64,000 nucleotides of DNA from Burkholderiaceae bacterium (GTDB taxonomy: Bacteria > Pseudomonadota > Gammaproteobacteria > Burkholderiales > Burkholderiaceae_D): assembly GCA_030157545.1 (NCBI GenBank), contig JAOAUN010000055.1, forward strand, positions 31,517 through 95,516, read 5' to 3'. The number at the start of each line of letters is the position of its first letter. Position 1 is the stretch's first letter. Below, in pieces: positions 60,667 to 64,000 of this stretch. The notes beneath the pieces are model-generated. The model worked only from the letters and a program-made list of their open reading frames with translations, did no database searches and was not told the origin of the DNA. A program made the position numbers and the translations under genes.

Positions 60667-61158
60667 ATGAAATTACTGCATTCAATACTTTTAAGAATTG
60701 CAATCGCTACCATTGTTTGCGTACTTGCTTCTTGTTCGACAGCTGGGCCAAAGGTAGTTTTCCATTCATTTGAATTTAATGCGAACTGGGATAGCCCTGA
60801 CATTGAAGTGCTTGATTACAAATACGGGAATTCAAAGAATCCGGGAACGCATCCACCTGATTGGGCATACGAGACCGGACAGATAGCACAAAGATCAGCG
60901 ACCGGTGGATATATGTTGCTCGGCGATTTTCTTTACGTGAAATGGCGACTGAAAGGAGCGAGCAAGATTTACGAAGCGAATGTTGATCTGCGTAGTCGCT
61001 TACCTAAAAACATGTTGGACAACACAATTTATTTTGTAGTCAGAGGACCTCAGCTGTACGTCTATCTGATTACACCAAAACATCTACCTCCCGGTGCGCC
61101 ATCAAACGGATTGCGCATGTACGGGTCGCGCATAATAAAAACGCTGTATCCAGATTAA
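60667..61158 (+). CDS. lipoprotein (163 aa), candidate immunity protein
   Basis: MKLLHSILLRIAIATIVCVLASC has an LASC lipobox. Paralogue of 61492-61977, sharing LDY+YG.S..P..PDWA, LYVKWR, VYLI and YP. Confidence 0.65.
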   Translation: MKLLHSILLRIAIATIVCVLASCSTAGPKVVFHSFEFNANWDSPDIEVLDYKYGNSKNPGTHPPDWAYETGQIAQRSATGGYMLLGDFLYVKWRLKGASKIYEANVDLRSRLPKNMLDNTIYFVVRGPQLYVYLITPKHLPPGAPSNGLRMYGSRIIKTLYPD

Positions 61159-61176
61159 TTTAATTGAGAATTTGTT

Positions 61177-61424
61177 GTGGCCGGTCGTGTGGCAGATAAG
61201 TCAAGGCACTAGAAATATTCAACATCAGCCAACACAAGCCGATGCAATTGCTATTGAAAATATTTCGCTACCCTTGGCGAATGCTTTGCAGTTTTTGACC
61301 CTTGGTGTCGCTATTAATTGCTAGTGCAAGATTGTACGGTGCTGGATTGAGCTCGACTCTTGCCAGTCATGATGGCAGCGGCAACGCATACAGAACTGAT
61401 CCTGATTCAAGACCCGATCAGTAA
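61177..61424 (+). pseudogene. chimeric gene remnant: 5' fragment resembling the 62020 toxin gene fused to the 3' end of a second copy of the 222-aa gene
   Basis: 61177-61260 resembles the first ~28 codons of the 62020 ORF. It shares ATTCAA-N18-GATGCAATTG (translating TRNIQHQPTQADAIAI versus TKQEIQAQVQQVDAIV) but has a stop and a frameshift. 61339-61424 is near-identical to 60512-60599, the end of the 222-aa gene including its TAA. Confidence 0.45.
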
Positions 61425-61491
61425 GTCAGTAATCGATATTCGTTAGATAGATTTATCTATATACAGAAATATATTCCAGATAACTGGCCTT

Positions 61492-61977
61492 ATGAAATTA
61501 CTGCATTCAATACTTTTAAGAATTGCAATAAGTACCATTGCTTGCGTGCTTACTTCATGTTCAACAACTGAAGGTAGGGTTGTTGAGCATGGTTTTGGTT
61601 TTGATGTTCGTCGTGCTAATCCAAGTGTAGAAATTCTCGATTACCGCTATGGCGATTCCAGTTTTCCGGTAAGAGCTCCAGACTGGGCCGTAAAAGAAGG
61701 TAAGAAATTTTATTTTAACAACGTGTATGGAGCGATGAGAGTTGCAGATGTTTTATACGTTAAATGGCGAATCGAAAATTCTGAAAAAATCAATGAGGAA
61801 TTCATTAATTTAAAGAGTCGAATGCCTGCTGATTTAAAAGGCCAAATAGTCTACTTCGACATCAATGAGGCAGAACTTTCTGTGTATTTGATTTCCCGAA
61901 AATTACGATCACCGGAAATGGAAAAGATCGGCCCGGAGATGTATCAGTCACGAGTAGTAAAGAAAATTTATCCTTGA
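61492..61977 (+). CDS. lipoprotein (161 aa), paralogue of 60667-61158, candidate immunity protein
   Basis: MKLLHSILLRIAISTIACVLTSC has an LTSC lipobox. The signal peptide and about 70 nt of upstream DNA are near-identical to copy 1. The mature part is strongly diverged. Confidence 0.65.
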   Translation: MKLLHSILLRIAISTIACVLTSCSTTEGRVVEHGFGFDVRRANPSVEILDYRYGDSSFPVRAPDWAVKEGKKFYFNNVYGAMRVADVLYVKWRIENSEKINEEFINLKSRMPADLKGQIVYFDINEAELSVYLISRKLRSPEMEKIGPEMYQSRVVKKIYP

Positions 61978-62019
61978 GCCACTTCTTGGCTTGCTAATTA
62001 GGTTCATAGGGAAACGAAA

Positions 62020-64000
62020 ATGACCGCTCGCTTTGCCGGAAGTTTGACTAAACAAGAAATTCAAGCACAAGTACAGCAGGTAGATGCAATTGTGAATTCA
62101 GCGGTGAGGACGGTGGGGGCGGAAGAATTTGTATTCTTGGCTGCATTTGATGGAACGAGAAATGATAAAAATGATATTCCGAGAGGGGAGGTTGGTACCA
62201 ATATCGCTCAATTGTGGGAGCAATATAGTACTAGTGTTTCTAAAAGTTCAGAATCCGGCGGTGGATATTATGCAGGACCCGGAACAGTAAATTCTCTAGA
62301 AGGTTCAGCGTTTCTCCCTGTTCAAGTAACACAGGAGGCTGTAAATACTGCAAATAGAGCATACAAAAATTTCCAATTTCAGGCAGTTGAATGGCTTAAG
62401 GATCACCCCGGGGGATCTATTGCAACTGCTATCACTGCATTCAGCAGAGGCGCTAGCGCAGCAGTCATTTTTTCTCAGCTGGTTTTCGAGCGAGGTTTGA
62501 CGGATCCTGCTACAGGAGCAATCCTCATCCCTCCCGGTGACGTCAAATTCGCCGGTGGTATTTTGTTCGATCCGGTCATGACTGGCGTAATGGGAAATAT
62601 GACGTTCCCGCCCAATACGCAAAATCTTGTCGTCATCCGTGCTTCCAGTGAATACCGCGGCATGTTCAATGCGGCGGATTATTCGAATCAACCTGGCGCC
62701 ACTACTTTTGATTTCATTGGCAATCACGCCAACATAGGCGGCTCCTACCTGAATGACAATATATCCGCATTGGTACTCGAAGCCGGGACGGGTTTCTTGC
62801 AAAGATTAGGTGTCACAATCAGTGACGTGCCTGCCCAACGAAAATTTGTGCCCGATAGCGTTGTGTTCGTACGTGATGAAGGAATCGACACTTACGGACA
62901 AACTATCTGGAGTACCTACGGCACTTACGGTGAGTATAAAGGCCCTCGTTTAACCGACAAGGTCGCCAGTTTTCCGGTCGTTTCGGATGATGGCAGCGTC
63001 AGAAGCTTTACCGATTACGCTGGAAGGCTAGTCACTTATAGTAAAACGCAGAATGCTGAAACCGGCACTAAAAGCGTGGTGACAATCAAGGACTACTTTA
63101 ACGCTACCACCAGTGTCGTTATGAATCGCGACTTCAATTCTGATGGTAATCCTGATCAATTTGAACTGATCAGAACCGATAGCGACGGCAGCAAAACCCA
63201 TGTCATACAGGATCTTGATAGCGCAAGAATTGTCGCCGATGAGCTAGCTTATCGCACTGATGCTACCAATAAATTTACCGAAGTCCAGCATTCAATCTAT
63301 GGCGTAGTCGTCAATCGCAGCTTCATCGAGGGCGAGGTCACGCAGACTGAGCTGGATAAAATCCGCAATAATGTGCCGCGCGATTTCCGTGAGTCCGGAA
63401 ATCAGGATGGGGTTTCACTGTATTCCAATTCTTTAAATACAAAAGGCATCGTCAATCTCGCAGCGCGGGTCGCTGAAAAATTCGCTGAAGTTCAGCTCGC
63501 AGCATATTTGGAAAATGTTCAGTACACGGCGGACGGTTCGCCTGCATTTTTCCCGATATCAGCGTCTCTTACGCCAGCAATGGAAATGCTACTTCAGTTT
63601 GAACTGAAGTCTTTTACCAGTAATGGCCGCGTCGATGTCAGACTGAACGATAAAAATCAGCTTGTCATAGCCAGCGTCAATCGTGAAATCATCATTGATG
63701 AAAATGGCGAAGTCTGGCGCCACTATCGTGACACACAAAATGGTGAAGTTATCGAACAGGCAGACAGTAATGGACAACTACTGACGCGTGTTAGCTTCAG
63801 TACCAGACAGGATGGCAGTGCAGCGCCCTTGCCTGTGACGACTATCGACTATTTCGACAAAGGCCAGCCCTATGCAAGGATTGCAACGACGACCCAGTCG
63901 AATGCATTAAGGCAGACCACGCTAAAACTCGCCGCGGATAAAGATAGCTTCACTGCAGACTACATCGACGCCCGACTCGTCAAGATCACGCACGCCACCA
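62020..64000 (+). CDS. large protein with N-terminal DUF2235 / Tle1-like alpha/beta-hydrolase (phospholipase-effector) domain; 3' end outside window
   Basis: I read 660 codons from ATG 62020 to the window end with no stop. An in-frame TAG lies at 61999 and AGGGA lies upstream. The ORF is missing from the track because it has no stop. Motifs in DUF2235 order: FVFLAAFDGTRND, GTNIAQLW, YYAGPGT, ITAFSRGASAAVIFSQLV (nucleophile-elbow type AFSRG). Confidence 0.65.
   Translation, partial: MTARFAGSLTKQEIQAQVQQVDAIVNSAVRTVGAEEFVFLAAFDGTRNDKNDIPRGEVGTNIAQLWEQYSTSVSKSSESGGGYYAGPGTVNSLEGSAFLPVQVTQEAVNTANRAYKNFQFQAVEWLKDHPGGSIATAITAFSRGASAAVIFSQLVFERGLTDPATGAILIPPGDVKFAGGILFDPVMTGVMGNMTFPPNTQNLVVIRASSEYRGMFNAADYSNQPGATTFDFIGNHANIGGSYLNDNISALVLEAGTGFLQRLGVTISDVPAQRKFVPDSVVFVRDEGIDTYGQTIWSTYGTYGEYKGPRLTDKVASFPVVSDDGSVRSFTDYAGRLVTYSKTQNAETGTKSVVTIKDYFNATTSVVMNRDFNSDGNPDQFELIRTDSDGSKTHVIQDLDSARIVADELAYRTDATNKFTEVQHSIYGVVVNRSFIEGEVTQTELDKIRNNVPRDFRESGNQDGVSLYSNSLNTKGIVNLAARVAEKFAEVQLAAYLENVQYTADGSPAFFPISASLTPAMEMLLQFELKSFTSNGRVDVRLNDKNQLVIASVNREIIIDENGEVWRHYRDTQNGEVIEQADSNGQLLTRVSFSTRQDGSAAPLPVTTIDYFDKGQPYARIATTTQSNALRQTTLKLAADKDSFTADYIDARLVKITHAT

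Noticed and set aside
62305-62802. 165-aa minus-strand ORF (and 62475-62669, 63589-63777)
   Set aside because: They are antisense to the uninterrupted 660-codon plus-strand frame that carries DUF2235 motifs. They have no motifs of their own.
57132-64000. Classical genomic island or prophage bounded by tRNA/integrase
   Set aside because: The right-end region is AT-richer and accessory in content, but no integrase, transposase, phage gene, tRNA or flanking direct repeat is visible inside the window. The boundary may lie beyond 64000.

Overview
The window looks like a chromosomal segment from a moderately GC-rich Gram-negative, probably a betaproteobacterium of the Burkholderiales/Oxalobacteraceae type. 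That assignment rests on gene content and synteny only. All calls come from reading the translations and the DNA by eye; no database search was possible. Most of the window is conserved housekeeping: yggS-proC, ubiA, oxyR-recG, queA-tgt-yajC-secDF, purB, mnmA-nudJ, pntAA/AB/B, ubiH-pepP, and murU-amgK / lptD-surA-pdxA-rsmA. Three larger functional blocks stand out. (1) A 13-gene, co-directional MSHA-type type IV pilus cluster (3754-14401, minus strand) lies directly downstream of pilT-pilU. (2) A MacAB/DevABC-like tripartite ABC efflux operon occupies 28580-32798. (3) An iron-homeostasis block, hemP-bfd-TonB receptor-piuC-FMN dehydrogenase-bfr, occupies 35253-40339. The accessory material is the interesting part. 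Two tandem RNI-type LRR paralogues carry an F-box-like N-terminal motif. Two ankyrin-repeat proteins are wedged between conserved operons. A decayed toxin-antitoxin pair sits next to an unusual nested minisatellite. A REP/BIME-like palindrome family is also present. At the AT-richer right end (about 57.3-64 kb) lies a candidate secretion/toxin locus. It contains a HlyB-like ABC exporter translationally coupled to a GNAT, then a duplicated and partly deleted module (222-aa protein, lipoprotein, DUF2235/Tle1-like lipase). The last gene of that module is a 660+ codon open frame that runs off the window and is absent from the supplied ORF track. No rRNA, tRNA, CRISPR array, transposase or integrase was recognised.
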